Positions 25,926-39,509 are shown, counted from the whole stretch's first letter. The stretch: DNA of 63,076 nt, filler included, from Octopus bimaculoides (GCF_001194135.2; 8 parts of 8 records of this genome joined end to end with filler, not necessarily neighbours in it); one strand, 5' to 3'. Notes: generated by a model not told the origin, from the sequence alone. Program-made: numbers and translations.

Positions 25926-27729
25926 TGTTGGTTTATATCAGACGAATGAGAGAGGATTGCTCAGTACAAGTTGCAGAAGATATGGGTTATTTTCCTCTCA
26001 TTGAAACTAAAACTGAGGCTTTATCTCGTTACTAGAGTTTCACATCTGAAGAACGTAGTAACATGGAACTCGTGTCGTGAAGCAAATATTCAGTTTCAGT
26101 AAAAGAAAATGCATATATGTGTGTGCATATGTGGATATAGGCATTTTTTTAAATCATAAAGAATATAAAACATGACAACGATTACACTAATGACGGTGTC
26201 AACACAAAATATAAAGGCAATTGTATAAGCTTGTTGCAAGGAGAAAAAGAAGTGCCGAAAACATATATCTGAACATAAACAATAAAGAGGTGTAGGTTGG
26301 TAAAAGGTTCTACGGGTTGATAGGCAGGGAGAATTAGCAAAAATTAGTGTAGGGATTATTGCTGGAAGCTGGAAGGAAACTAATCCTTTGCTCATAAGAA
26401 AAAAAATTCAAGATACCGGTATACGCGTATGTGCAGCATAAGGGTAACTACAGTGCATTTGTGGAATCTTCAAGCGGAAATATAAATACTAACCGTTCAA
26501 AAATATAAATCTTCTCTTGTTGATTTTTTTTCTCTTCAAATTTCAAATGATTCACCGGCTTCATTTTCCTTTTCTTAATCCTTCTTATTTTTAGGGCTTA
26601 TTTTCCTTAAATTTCTTCTCTGTCTGGACCAATTCTCGATGTTGAAGAATTTAAAAGAAAAGTAGCTACAATATTTACTATAAATTCTTTCTTCTGACCA
26701 GAAAATCTACAGAGATTTCTCTATTTTTTCACTTCTTTTTATTCGTTCAATTTATTTTTTCATTTGAAGACCATCGTTAAAAAATTCCTCACATCATTTT
26801 CTTTAATAATTTTATTTTAAAAATGACACATTCTAGTTAAATATAAATGTAACCGTGGTTTCTGATATTAATATAAGACCACGAAATAAAGGGAGTTGCT
26901 ATGGTGATTTTAATTACTTGCAGTACATGACTGGTTCTGTATCGTATACACTCTTCCACTTAGGATGGATAAAATTGTCAAAACAGAGAACTACAAATGA
27001 TACAACTAAATACTGTAAGATATTTTGTGGGTTCTAAGCCTTCATTTATTGTAATGTGTAGTCACATCTGTTACATGCGTTTCCTTTTTTGTTTTTCAGG
27101 GGTTTATGTGCTTTTGTATGTAATGAGGTCTGTTGTGATGTTTTCTTCTTTCGTGGATGTGGGGTTTATCCTTATTGTGTATGAGCTTACCAAAATATTT
27201 AAAAAATAGACAGAAAGTGTTGGAGTGGGTTGCAGACATATAGCTGCTCGTTAACTCGGCTATTATAGCAGACACCAAAAAGAGGAAAACAAACCTTAGT
27301 ATCTCATGAATTAGTTACCAGAAAGCATTTGAACAATGAAAACACACCATATACATAAATATAAATCATAACATAGATGGGCTGAGATTCACTACAGCTG
27401 TTTCAGACGTGTTCTTTATTGATGAACAAAACAATTATGTCAATTAAAAAAAAACGTTTTCTTCAAGCGAATTAACAGTAAAATTTAACATTTAGGATTT
27501 TTCAGTGTCATATCAGCCTTGCCATATCAAAATTCAAAATGTAAAGTAACCATATTACTAAATAGTAAATATAAGATAATTACAATCAGCCCTGTACCTA
27601 ATTCAGGCAGACACCTTATTTCCTCTACGCTTTTGCCAAGCTTTGATCTCATTAATAAACTTGTTGAATGAAAATATATACATATAGTTATATATGGAAA
27701 TGAAAATTTATCAGTATATAAATATGCAT

Positions 27730-28072
27730 TCTTTTATTTGTTTCAGTCATTTTGACTGCAGCCATGCTGGAGCACCGCATTTAGTCGAACAAATCAAGTC
27801 CTGTACTTATTCTATCGGTCTTCTTTCCACATTGCTAAGCTATGGGGACATAAACATACCAGCATCGGTTGTCAAGCGATGACAAACACAGATACACACT
27901 CACATATACAGAGGTCTTCTTTCAGTTTCCGTCTATCAAATCCACTCATAAGGCTTTTGTCGTTCCGAGGCTATAGTAGAAGACACTTGCCCAAGGTGCC
28001 ACGCAGTGGGACTGAACCCGGAACCATGTGGTTGGTAAGCAAGCTACTTACCACACAGCCACCCCTGCGCCT
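27730..28072 (-). mobile_element. SINE family A, full length
   Basis: Head reverse complement CTTACCACACAGCCACCCCTGCGCCT; body and tail present. Confidence 0.9.
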
Positions 28073-29079
28073 GTGTATAGTTATAAATGCTAGACAAATT
28101 TATTAAGCATTAGTCCACGGTATAACAATCTGATCTGGCACGAGTTCTGAACTCAGCTGGTTCTGGTTGACAATTCCCAGTAAAGGTTTCCTGTCTAGGA
28201 TTATGGATTCTCAAATTCCAGAAGTCTAGAAATACTGGTTTGGAGTCTTGCAGAATAAAACTGCGCCCAGTTGATAACAGAAGTTCTTTAGACTTGACCG
28301 ACCGTCTTCATGGAGAAGGTGTCTCAATGAAAATACGAGTGGTTGTGCAATCTTAAATTCGCTAACATCTCATAACTGGATTATAAAAGATGGTTCAGTG
28401 TGTGTTTTGTCAAGCCCTACCTGGTCGGCATGTTTCTATGCCAGTAACACAGTAAACCGAAATGGAATTTCAGTGGAACGATTCTGCCAGAGAATGTGCC
28501 AAAAGTGAAGAAAAGGGGGCATATTTGATGTAATACTACAATAATTTGTGACCAAGGTAGAGTGGTTAGGGAAAATGGGTGACTGATTGAATTAGAGCTT
28601 GACTAAATAAGGCGAAGAGTAACTTTGAATATGGAGTAGGTCAATGATAAGGGTGGTGTAGAACAAGATACAGGTGATAAACATGTAGAGAATGGGACTA
28701 TAGAAGAGATGGAATTGCCAAAGAAAGGAATACAAACAGAGATACTGAATTGTATGAAGTTGATTAATTGATAGTGACAGACGTCGTAGGAAGTATTACA
28801 AATTATTACAAATAATGATTTTGGTGCAAGAATATTGAAAGAGATATAAATGAGATTTCGAGGAAATTAATGGAATCATCAATGATATTATCACCAAGAA
28901 TGTAACAGAAACAAAGAATTGTTAAGAGCTACAAATATGCATGTAGCATGAGTAGAAAGAACAGGAAAAAGAACGAAATGTAGTGGGGAAAAGACATCAC
29001 GGAATATATATGTGGTGAGAAAAGACATTAACACGAAAGGTATAATAACAAATTTTAGTATACCAACGTCCATAATAAA

Positions 29080-29465
29080 CCTTTTTACCATAGGCACAAA
29101 GCTTGAAATTTGGAGGAGGGCGTAGTCGATTACATCGATCCCAGTGCTGAACTGGTACTTTTTTTATCGACTCCGAAAGGATAAAAGGCAAAGTCGACCT
29201 CGGCGAAATTCAGACTCAGAACGTAAAGACGGACGAAATGCCGCTAAGCATTTTTGCTCGGCGTGCTAACGATTCTGCTAGCTCGCCGCCTTACCAATTG
29301 TCTATTTTACAATCGGCACAAGGCCTGAAATTTGGGGTAGGGGACTAGTCGATCACATCGACTCCAGTGTTTCACTGGTACTTATTTCATCGACCCCGAA
29401 AGAATGAAAGAAGATAACTCAGAACATAGCGACCACTAAGCATTTCATCCAGCATACTAACGATT
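29080..29465 (-). mobile_element. Two tandem SINE family D copies
   Basis: 29080-29292 full, about 29305-29465 partial; same motifs as the 20034 cluster. Confidence 0.85.
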
Positions 29466-30325
29466 TGGTGGGGTGGTTCTCATAGTGCTTAGAAGGAATA
29501 AAATATTTTTGTAGTTTAAAGCATAGAGGTGAACAAATTGCTTCTCTCTCCCATTTTTGTGATTATCAATTATTTTAGTGAACTGAAAATTGGGAAATGA
29601 AAGGTTTTAATGTTTTTCTTTATTTGCTTGTCTGTTTGTTTTCTATTTTTTCTCAGAGTTTGAAAGCATTAAACTAAGCAACCTACAGCATATTAATTCA
29701 TGGTTCAACCACTGGTACAATACTGCTATTGATCAATAGGATTGAATAGAAGATTAACTCACCTCTACTGAAGGTCTTCTGAAGATCACAAAAATTTCTG
29801 AAGGGGAAGAACAAGAAGGAGAAGAAAAAGAAAAATTAAAGGTGAGTCACATGAAAATAATAGCAACATTAATTATAATACTCTATAATACAATAAGTAA
29901 CATGCCACAGACCGTATGAATTCATTAACTTCTATGTTTATTGCAAAAAAAGGGGGAGACGAGGTTTCGAACTGCTTTATCTCCTTCACCTTCATTATAC
30001 ATGGGACCACTCTTGATAATCCTCACAGTTATACAAATTATACGCTTTCTTTCTCTCGGTGAAGCCTGTCTTTGATGAGGAGGCTTTATAACACCGAAAT
30101 AAACCTGACATTGTCTCCCATAGATGTATAGATATTTAAAATAAACATTAGGCCATAAAACCACTTGTAATAACTTAACCAACATCAACGTATATGCAAA
30201 ACATGTTAGCTCTTTGGTGCTCACTATATTCAATATGTTCATAGTACCTTCACTATTATTTGTCATATAAATGGTGTTTCTGAGTAACTGACTTCATCGT
30301 TGATATATATATATATATAATTTAA

Positions 30326-30511
30326 ATTAAAATTAATCAAAGGACATACTAAGTATGTCTACCTGTTGGAATAACAGTCAAAACTCTTATTCAAATTGCC
30401 AAAATACACTGATAATAACTATTATCAGTGTATTTTGGCGATTTAAATAATAGTTTTGACTGTTATTTCAAGCAGGTAGATATACTTAGTATGAGCTTCG
30501 ATTAATTTTAA
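30326..30511. repeat. Long imperfect palindrome (arms about 90 bp, 2-nt spacer)
   Basis: Centre GATAATA-AC-TATTATC (30411-30426). Arms TCTACCTG..GAATAACAGTCAAAACT..TATT.AAAT.GCCAAAATACACTGATAAT mirror each other. Confidence 0.9.
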
Positions 30512-30685
30512 TCCTTCAGCTATTTAATGCTTTGGGGGGGGGGGGCCTGCAATCACCTATATTATTGATTTTGTTACAGTCATTTCTAAATTGTTACACT
30601 AGATAATAATAGAGTCAATGATATCTTCGCAAATTATTTTCCCGTGTATTGTTTTTTTCTTATGAATTATTTGCTCCGTATTGAA

Positions 30686-30745
<60 letters not shown>

Positions 30746-30839
30746 ATAGAAAGGACAACAAAAGAAAGAAAGAGACCTCAATATTATGTAAATAGAGGAA
30801 TTTATCTGTAAAAATATGTGACACTTATTCGGTAGCCAT

Positions 30840-30900
30840 GATAAAACTCCGAGTTTCGGATGCCGGGGTGGGAACCCACGCCAACATATCTTCAGTTATC
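30840..30900 (-). ncRNA. Type I hammerhead ribozyme-like motif (Penelope pLTR style)
   Basis: Minus strand: stem I GAUAA/UUAUC, core CUGAAGA, long stem II (GUGGG/CCCAC inside), GAAA, palindromic stem III ACUC-G-GAGU, cleavage triplet GUU. Base of stem II is imperfect. Confidence 0.7.
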
Positions 30901-31094
30901 AGGACATTGAAAATTCCTGTGAAAAATGACCGTTAAACAAAGGGAAATGACTGTGTGGTTGACTGTTATTAAGACAAAAGAGCTATAGACCGTTAAGTAA
31001 GGGGAGGGGTAAAGGTAAGGGAGTAGAAAAGTCTATAGTGTTCGCGTAAGCGCACCAATCCGTAGTTATGTTTAATAGAAATTAACTTATTTAC

Positions 31095-31925
31095 CTAGGT
31101 TTTAACATCATCTCCTTCGAAAGAATCACTTTGCACAGCAATTCACCGGTTTCAGCGTTCCTGCACTTCTTTGAATACGGCCTAGCGAGTCGAGGACCTT
31201 CTGCGATTCGCTCTGGATCTCGACAACAGTGTTAAAACGGTGACCTTTGAGCTACATTTTCAACTTGGGGGAGAGATGGAAGTCCGCGGGTGCTAAATCT
31301 GGCGTATAGGGCATGGACAGAGGCTATGCCATGTTTTTGAGGAGAAACTCCAGAGTGAGGAGAAACTCCAGAGTGAGGAGAACTTTGTGACAGGGTGCAT
31401 TGTCGTCGTGAAGAATCCAATTCTTCGCGCTCCAAAGATCTGGTCGCTTTCGCCGAATGATCTCCCTTAAACGTCGCAGTAGAACTCTTGATTGACGGTT
31501 TGGCCCTGGAGGAAAAATTCTCGATGCATAACAACGCAGATGTCGAAAAAAAAGCGATGAGCATGCTCTTGGTTTAGCTACTGTCTGTCTTGACGTCTTT
31601 GATCGTGGAGATGAAGGGCTCTTCCATTGTGATGACTGCTGCTTTGTCTCAGGATCGTACTCGTAGATCCAACTCTCGTCACTGGTGATTATCCTCGACA
31701 TGAAGGATGGGTCATTAGCGGCACGCTGACGCGGATCTTGGTAGACTTCAACGCGATGTTCTTTCTGCTCAGTGGTCAGAGATACGCCGCATGTTCAGTT
31801 CAGACGTCAGGATTGCCTGCACGGACCCATACGATAGACCAACAACATCAGCAATGTCATTGATTGTCCTCCGGCGATTCTCATGCACAAGCTGAGGAAT
31901 TTTCTCCACAAATCTGGAGGTGAGG
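31095..31925 (-). mobile_element. Mariner (DD34D-type) transposase pseudogene fragment
   Basis: IITSDESWIYEYDPETKQQSSQW, WILHDDNAPCH and PYTPDLAPADF motifs. Frameshifts and stops. 18-bp in-frame tandem duplication at 31339-31374. Confidence 0.9.
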
Positions 31926-33890
31926 CTCGTGTGTGTGTGTGTGTGTGTGTGTGCGTGTGTGGTGAAAATTTATAAAATATTTCAGAGATTCTTCATTTGA
32001 AACCCTGGGTGAATATATGCACACAATTACATTTACATATCTAGTACATATACAACCACACACATGAAGTAATGAAATATAGACACTTTTATTGTAGTAT
32101 GTACACCCTAGATTGCAAGGTTATTCAAACGCACACACATAGATACACCGTTCACGCATATGCGCACACATCACCCAATTCAGTTAACCGCAAACCTCAA
32201 GAGCTGTATTGTCATGACTCAAACAAAAGAGCCTAGCCACTTCGCAGAAAAAGCTGAAAATAAATCCCTAAAAAAAAAACATACAGATGTAAAACAACCT
32301 ACATACGTGTACGTTGTTTTGAGTGTGCACATATATATNNNNNNNNNNNNNNNNNNNNNNNNNNNNNNNNNNNNNNNNNNNNNNNNNNNNNNNNNNNNNN
32401 NNNNNNNNNNNNNNNNNNNNNNNNNNNNNNNNNNNNNNNNNNNNNNNNNNNNNNNNNNNNNNNNNNNNNNNNNNNNNNNNNNNNNNNNNNNNNNNNNNNN
32501 NNNNNNNNNNNNNNNNNNNNNNNNNNNNNNNNNNNNNNNNNNNNNNNNNNNNNNNNNNNNNNNNNNNNNNNNNNNNNNNNNNNNNNNNNNNNNNNNNNNN
32601 NNNNNNNNNNNNNNNNNNNNNNNNNNNNNNNNNNNNNNNNNNNNNNNNNNNNNNNNNNNNNNNNNNNNNNNNNNNNNNNNNNNNNNNNNNNNNNNNNNNN
32701 NNNNNNNNNNNNNNNNNNNNNNNNNNNNNNNNNNNNNNNNNNNNNNNNNNNNNNNNNNNNNNNNNNNNNNNNNNNNNNNNNNNNNNNNNNNNNNNNNNNN
32801 NNNNNNNNNNNNNNNNNNNNNNNNNNNNNNNNNNNNNNNNNNNNNNNNNNNNNNNNNNNNNNNNNNNNNNNNNNNNNNNNNNNNNNNNNNNNNNNNNNNN
32901 NNNNNNNNNNNNNNNNNNNNNNNNNNNNNNNNNNNNNNNNNNNNNNNNNNNNNNNNNNNNNNNNNNNNNNNNNNNNNNNNNNNNNNNNNNNNNNNNNNNN
33001 NNNNNNNNNNNNNNNNNNNNNNNNNNNNNNNNNNNNNNNNNNNNNNNNNNNNNNNNNNNNNNNNNNNNNNNNNNNNNNNNNNNNNNNNNNNNNNNNNNNN
33101 NNNNNNNNNNNNNNNNNNNNNNNNNNNNNNNNNNNNNNNNNNNNNNNNNNNNNNNNNNNNNNNNNNNNNNNNNNNNNNNNNNNNNNNNNNNNNNNNNNNN
33201 NNNNNNNNNNNNNNNNNNNTATATATACTATAATATAATATATATATATATATACACGTGAGTGATTGTATGTTCATGAGGATGTGCGTACAATCATGTT
33301 TGCGCGTGCTTGTGTGCATATATTTTTTCATTTGTTTGAGTGCGTACGTGTTTATGTTTGTGTGCGAGTAGCTGGGTGTAGACGTGTGTCTATATATATA
33401 TAACGATTTATTATTCATGAAAAAAGCAATCTGATATGTTTAATTTTACTTTTTTTTTTGTTTTGTTTTGTTTTTCTGCAGCTGTAGATTTCATTTCTTG
33501 TCTTTCTCTTCTGCGTTTAGGATTATTTAGGCCATATGACACACACACCCACATGCAGACATGCACGCACACTCAAATAAAAACACATGAACACACAGAG
33601 ACACATACACACATACACACACACACACACTCACACATACGGACATACAAATATGCAAATATACAAATATGCATACAAATATGCAAACACGCATGCACAT
33701 GACTAACACATCCAACATATGTATAGCAAGTTTACACACACACACACACACACACATACACAAGCACAAACATACACACGTGTACACATACGAGCGTGTA
33801 ACTATAAGCAAGCAGTCACAACACCCACGCTAAACTCGCCACAAAACAACACACAGGCACACATACCCATGTGTATACCCATTTACACAG

Positions 33891-34167
33891 TGGAGGCGCA
33901 ATGGTTAGGGCAGCAGACTCGCGGTCATAGGATCGCGGTTTCGATTCCCAGACCGGGCGTTGTGAGCGTTTATTGAGTGAAAACACCTAAAGCTCCACGA
34001 GGCTCCGGCAGGAGATGGTGGCGAACCCTGCTGTACTCTTTCACCACAACTTTCTCTCACTCTTTTTTCCTGTTTCTGTTGTGCCTGTAATTCAAAGGGT
34101 CAGCCTTGTCACACTGTGTCACGCTGAATATCTCCCAGAACTATGTTAAGGGTACACGTGTCTGTGG
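33891..34167 (+). mobile_element. SINE family C, 5' three-quarters (rest in gap)
   Basis: Near identical to 14740-15020. Confidence 0.9.
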
Positions 34168-34889
34168 NNNNNNNNNNNNNNNNNNNNNNNNNNNNNNNNN
34201 NNNNNNNNNNNNNNNNNNNNNNNNNNNNNNNNNNNNNNNNNNNNNNNNNNNNNNNNNNNNNNNNNNNNNNNNNNNNNNNNNNNNNNNNNNNNNNNNNNNN
34301 NNNNNNNNNNNNNNNNNNNNNNNNNNNNNNNNNNNNNNNNNNNNNNNNNNNNNNNNNNNNNNNNNNNNNNNNNNNNNNNNNNNNNNNNNNNNNNNNNNNN
34401 NNNNNNNNNNNNNNNNNNNNNNNNNNNNNNNNNNNNNNNNNNNNNNNNNNNNNNNNNNNNNNNNNNNNNNNNNNNNNNNNNNNNNNNNNNNNNNNNNNNN
34501 NNNNNNNNNNNNNNNNNNNNNNNNNNNNNNNNNNNNNNNNNNNNNNNNNNNNNNNNNNNNNNNNNNNNNNNNNNNNNNNNNNNNNNNNNNNNNNNNNNNN
34601 NNNNNNNNNNNNNNNNNNNNNNNNNNNNNNNNNNNNNNNNNNNNNNNNNNNNNNNNNNNNNNNNNNNNNNNNNNNNNNNNNNNNNNNNNNNNNNNNNNNN
34701 NNNNNNNNNNNNNNNNNNNNNNNNNNNNNNNNNNNNNNNNNNNNNNNNNNNNNNNNNNNNNNNNNNNNNNNNNNNNNNNNNNNNNNNNNNNNNNNNNNNN
34801 NNNNNNNNNNNNNNNNNNNNNNNNNNNNNNNNNNNNNNNNNNNNNNNNNNNNNNNNNNNNNNNNNNNNNNNNNNNNNNNNNNNNNNNNN

Positions 34890-35206
34890 AGCACCGCCTT
34901 TAGTCGACCTAATCGACCCCAGGACTTATTCTTTTGGAAGCCTAGTACTTATTCTATCGGTCTCCTTTTTGCCGAACCGCTAAGTTACGGGGACGTAAAC
35001 ACACCAGCATCGGTTGTCAAGCGATGGTGGGGAGACAAACACAGACACACAGACACGCATACATACATATATACATATATACATATATACGACGGGCTTC
35101 TTTCAGTTTCCGTCTTCCAAATCCACTCACAAGGCTTTGGTCGGAAGCCGAGGCTATAGTAGAAGACACTTGCCAAAGGTGCCACGCAGTGGGACTGAAC
35201 CCAGAA
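34890..35206 (-). mobile_element. SINE family A, most of the element
   Basis: GCACCGCCTTTAGTCGAC...GTGCCACGCAGTGGGACTGAACCC. Confidence 0.88.
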
Positions 35207-35621
35207 CTAATCTTACTGTCTTTAAAAAAAAAGAGAAGAGAAGAGCACATGGGATGGTGAATGCAGTTCTATATATTCAAAAAGGGATATGGTCACGGCT
35301 GGAACGCCATTAATCATACAACTGCCTAATAAGGAGCGATCTGGAGCTAAACGTTGCTACCACCACCGACAACAACAACAACAACAACAACAATCCTTTC
35401 TAGTGAAGGCTCAAGGCCTTGAAATTTACGGGGAGGGGGACTAGCTGATTACAACAACAATAACAATAATAACAGCAGTAATGCGAGGTAAGGAGAGAGC
35501 TTGTCTAAAATAACACCCATATCTCTATCAACACATTCGATTTGGGCCATCTTTTAGGCGACAATAAATGTTGTGCTGCAGGTATGGTCACCCTACAATT
35601 ATCAAAGCATGACTATATTAT

Positions 35622-35940
35622 TATTATTGAGTGAGAGAGCAGTGCATGCCATCAAAGTGACACTGGGATAAAATATACAAAGCCCAATATACCCATCATG
35701 ACTACCCGTGTGATAAGGGTACACCAGGCACATGCATCACAACCATATGTGCACGACATGGTGATCTCATATCAAGATAAACAGTGCATGACCTTGCAGT
35801 TGGGGCCCAGTTAGAATTTTCTTCAGGTTGAGTAGCCAATCCCACTCAAAAGATCCCTGAATAAGGTTTGTTTAAGGATGTTGAGCAAAACACCCATGTT
35901 TCCAAAGGTGAATTATTCAAACTCCAAAGAACTCCTCAAA
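35622..35940. repeat. Unclassified interspersed repeat beside (TTA)n; second copy at 59150-59428
   Basis: GAGCAGTGCATGCCATCAAAGTGACACTGGG...CACCCATGTTTCCAAAGGTGAAT present twice at high identity. Confidence 0.85.
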
Positions 35941-36895
35941 NNNNNNNNNNNNNNNNNNNNNNNNNNNNNNNNNNNNNNNNNNNNTTAATTAATTAANNNN
36001 NNNNNNNNNNNNNNNNNNNNNNNNNNNNNNNNNNNNNNNNATATATATATTTATATATATATATATATACATGCATATATATATACATACATGTTTACAT
36101 ACATATATACATACATGCATTTATATGTGTGTGTGTGTGTATTTTATTCCCCATTTTCAGTCCCTTTCCATTCATAGTATTGTTGACGCCCCTAATTTTT
36201 CAGTACTATCTTCTGCTCTTCCCTTTTCCCCTGCTCCCACGCCACCTTACACCTGTCTATTAACAGTAAACACGTTTTTTCAATATGAATCTTTTATCAA
36301 TATATTGCATATCTATAGTGTCTCCCGAATTCATTTTCTTTTCAATTCCTGTCTCCACATTTATCTTACTCTTTTCTCTCTCTTTGTCGGTTTTATAGTT
36401 TCAGTATTTTACGCTTGTTTCTGTTTTTCTTTTCATTTCTTTTTCTTTTCTGTGCTGGTTTTTTTCACTGCGCGGCACATGTGCAGTACACTAGATAGGA
36501 AGTTAGAAGGAATAGCAAATTATTTTATGCACAATATACTGTCGTTTTTTATTGTTGTTGTTGTTAGTTTTGCAAACGAACTTTCAGCGTGACCATTCCG
36601 TCTTCTACATGAGCGATTACATTGCAATTATTAATACAAGAAGTGCATGATTTTTGCAGAGGCGTATTTGACGTTTTATTTCTATCTTGAAAGCCTTCCA
36701 GATGTGACCAACTGTCCTTTTATATAACAGTACATTTATAGTACATTAGCAATCAAATCCACCACACGGTAAAGTGTGGTTTGATGATGCTTTGCTGCTA
36801 TATCCAGCCTGGTAACCTATTACATAACGATTCCGTTCGTTGTCATTGTTTACACACATGCACACTTATACGAATATATGAATATTTCATATCAC

Positions 36896-37033
36896 CATGA
36901 GGCACATTGGGGACTTTCATTTGAGTACTCTCTCTTGCAAGCATTCGAGTCACTCTCCGATTCAATGATAGACTCCTTACTCCCAACAGTCTCAGAGGAT
37001 CTGTGAGATGACGTGAGCACTGCGTTCTTCTGG
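36896..37033 (-). CDS. Candidate isolated 138-bp symmetric (phase 2) exon of an unknown gene, Ser/Glu-rich
   Basis: T-rich tract + TAG acceptor (AG at 37035-37034), open frame QKNAVLTSSHRSSETVGSKESIIESESDSNACKREYSNESPQCAS, G|GTGATA donor, length divisible by 3, non-repetitive composition. No homology recognised and the donor is weak. Confidence 0.3.
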
Positions 37034-37234
37034 CTAATCAATAAAAATAAAATATGTATGTATAACGTATATATGGATGGATTGATGGATGGATGGATGG
37101 ATGGATGAATGGATGGATGCATAATTTATGTATCGAAATATACATGTAAGTATAATGGGGAACAACACAAATCTTAATCGATTATAGACACAACCATTGG
37201 AGCTTCCGTCATGGTTTCTATCAGGTTATTGCAT

Positions 37235-37246
37235 TCCATCATCATC

Positions 37247-37282
<36 letters not shown>

Positions 37283-37286
37283 GTCG

Positions 37287-37332
<46 letters not shown>

Positions 37333-37408
37333 GTGTCATCGTCGTCTTCTCTTCCACCTCCTTCTATTACCTCTGCCACTCCGCCTCTTCTTTTTCTCGT
37401 CTACCTAT

Positions 37409-37443
<35 letters not shown>

Positions 37444-37455
37444 TTACTACTACAG
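37235..37455. repeat. (CAT)n and (TAC)n trinucleotide microsatellites
   Basis: Directly visible. Confidence 0.95.
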
Positions 37456-37619
37456 CTGCTGATACTGCTGCTGTTGCTGCTGCTATTGCTTCATCATCAT
37501 TTTCTTCTTTCCTCTCTTATTTTTCATCACTTCAGTTTATTTTTCGCGATACTATTGGTATAGCTCTCACTATCACCTTCGCCTATGAAGGATCGGTAAA
37601 TAGAGTACCAATTCACAAT

Positions 37620-39180
37620 TAGTGTTGGTATCTTTCAACTTCCTTGTTCTTTGTCTTCACAATATTCTGGACTGAATGTGATGATGATCCATGTGTTGGA
37701 CTCCAACTGTAGGAGAGTGATATCCGGTCGGTTATGTTGCGGTTTTTGTCTGTGTATATTGGCATATCCAAAATGAGTTTAACCTGATCAGTCTATGCTA
37801 CAGGCAAAGGTTGGTGCTCATAACGCTATTTGGAATATTCTAGCCAATACTTCCTGCATAATTTCAAATGTGTTCTTAATGCCACTTAATTAAGGCGTTT
37901 TTGTATTTTTTGGGGGGGCCAAGTTTGAGCAACCACTAATTATATGTGTAAGCATCACCAAATATTTTTCACATGATCTATACAAATGTCATACTACTGT
38001 CTTATCAACGTTGCATTTCCTTGAATTGGTTCTTAAAGGATCTTCTCGAGCAGTACTTATCAATCCTTCTGCCACCTTCTTTAAAAACAATCTGTCTTAA
38101 TCTTTGTTCTTTATGAACTTAATTTGACGTTTGTTGGAAAAATGCATCATGTATGACTTCCTCTTTCGTTTTCATGATCTTTTCTTCACTATTCCTCGTA
38201 TTCTATTCCTGGGGGCGGGGGAGGGTCTCGTTATTATCACTGACCACTTTGTAACTCATTGCGGCCTGCAAAATTTTTTCATCGCTTTCTCTAAAATAGG
38301 CATCCAAAGATTTATTTTCCTTCATAATAGTATGTTTTACTTTACCTTCCTCTTTCCTTCCTAAGTAGGTAAAACCTTGCTAAGTTATTTCTGGTATTAA
38401 TGCACCCACTCATGGCCATTACCTTCCTAGTTTTCTTTGTTGATGCTCACCAGTTACTCATTTGTCCATTTCGCAACTCCCGCACAGTAGCGAACCGACC
38501 TTATAATCCAAGAGTTGATACCTCTGATCAAGTGTCCTTCTCTCAACTTAGATCTAAACAGCTTTTTCACTTTTCTTGTATATTCAGAATAAAGCTTTTC
38601 CTTCATCTTCGTGTTCATGATCTGGCGTAACTGCAGAACCCAACATACTTGACGCTTTCTCCATTCACTTGTCTTATGTGCTCATCATTTGGAAGTTTAG
38701 TCCATGCTGTCTATTTTTCGCTTTCCCCACACTTCAAGAATAGCGCATTTTTCTAAGTCAAATGCTCATTGGATGTCACGTAACCAAACTCGTGCTGTCT
38801 GAATAAGGGAATCTAGCTGACATTTGCTAGCATCATAAAGCTTCAAACAGTCCGTTAACAGCGGGTGGTTCATTGTTCACTGGTTCTTTTGCAGTTTGTA
38901 AACATCTCTAATCTTCAAAACTAAGGAGAACAGTAACATACTAAAAATAAAGGGCCGGGTTGACATAGCGTCATACTGCTTCTAGTTAAATATATACTTT
39001 TAGCTGACCCGACCATCCTCAGGCATTTTAGAATCCACGAGTGATGATCCATATCATATGCTTTCTTAAAGTCAATCCAAGCTGTTGATAAGCTTGTTAG
39101 CCTTCTCTGATTTCTTCATCAATATTGCCTTGTCAATCAGCAACTTAGCATTTGTTGCTCATGATCTGTTCCTGTAGACC
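37620..39180 (-). mobile_element. Heavily decayed RT-CCHC-RLE region of an R4/Dong-like LINE
   Basis: Minus strand: KLLIDKAI...LSTAWIDFKKAYD..HSWI (RT); MKEKLYSEYTRKVKKLFRSKLREGHLIRGINSW...RFYLLRKERGR; CRSCEK...HIISGCSNLA (CCHC); ILDMPIYTDK...NKEVERYQ (RLE region). Confidence 0.75.
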
Positions 39181-39509
39181 AGGGGCTACTGTGTAAGAAG
39201 TTGTTTGGTGGACGAGGCCGAAAGGATTGAAAAAAGACGCATTCCACTTCGTTCAGATCTCAATCAACATTTTAGAATTCAATTTGGAAACGTTAGTGAG
39301 GTTGGTAGGAATGGCTTGCTCTCAGTAAATTTGACAAAAGGCGAGTGACTGTGACAAAAATGGTTGGGTGAATTCACCTAATATATGTAAGCGAAAATTT
39401 GTAACTATGGCAGTTAAGATGATCCTAGGATCATCAGCGGTTTTCTTGATTTGCTCTAGTTGAAGGTTCCTTTGTATCAGAAGGTCTGCATCGTAGATGT
39501 GGTCACATA

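Noticed and set aside
26096-26395. ORF beginning MSKG (GFP-like start)
   Set aside because: Only four residues match; the rest has no GFP similarity
39418-39435. Perfect 18-bp palindrome GATGATCCTAGGATCATC
   Set aside because: A 9-bp-arm palindrome is not unlikely by chance in about 50 kb; no supporting context
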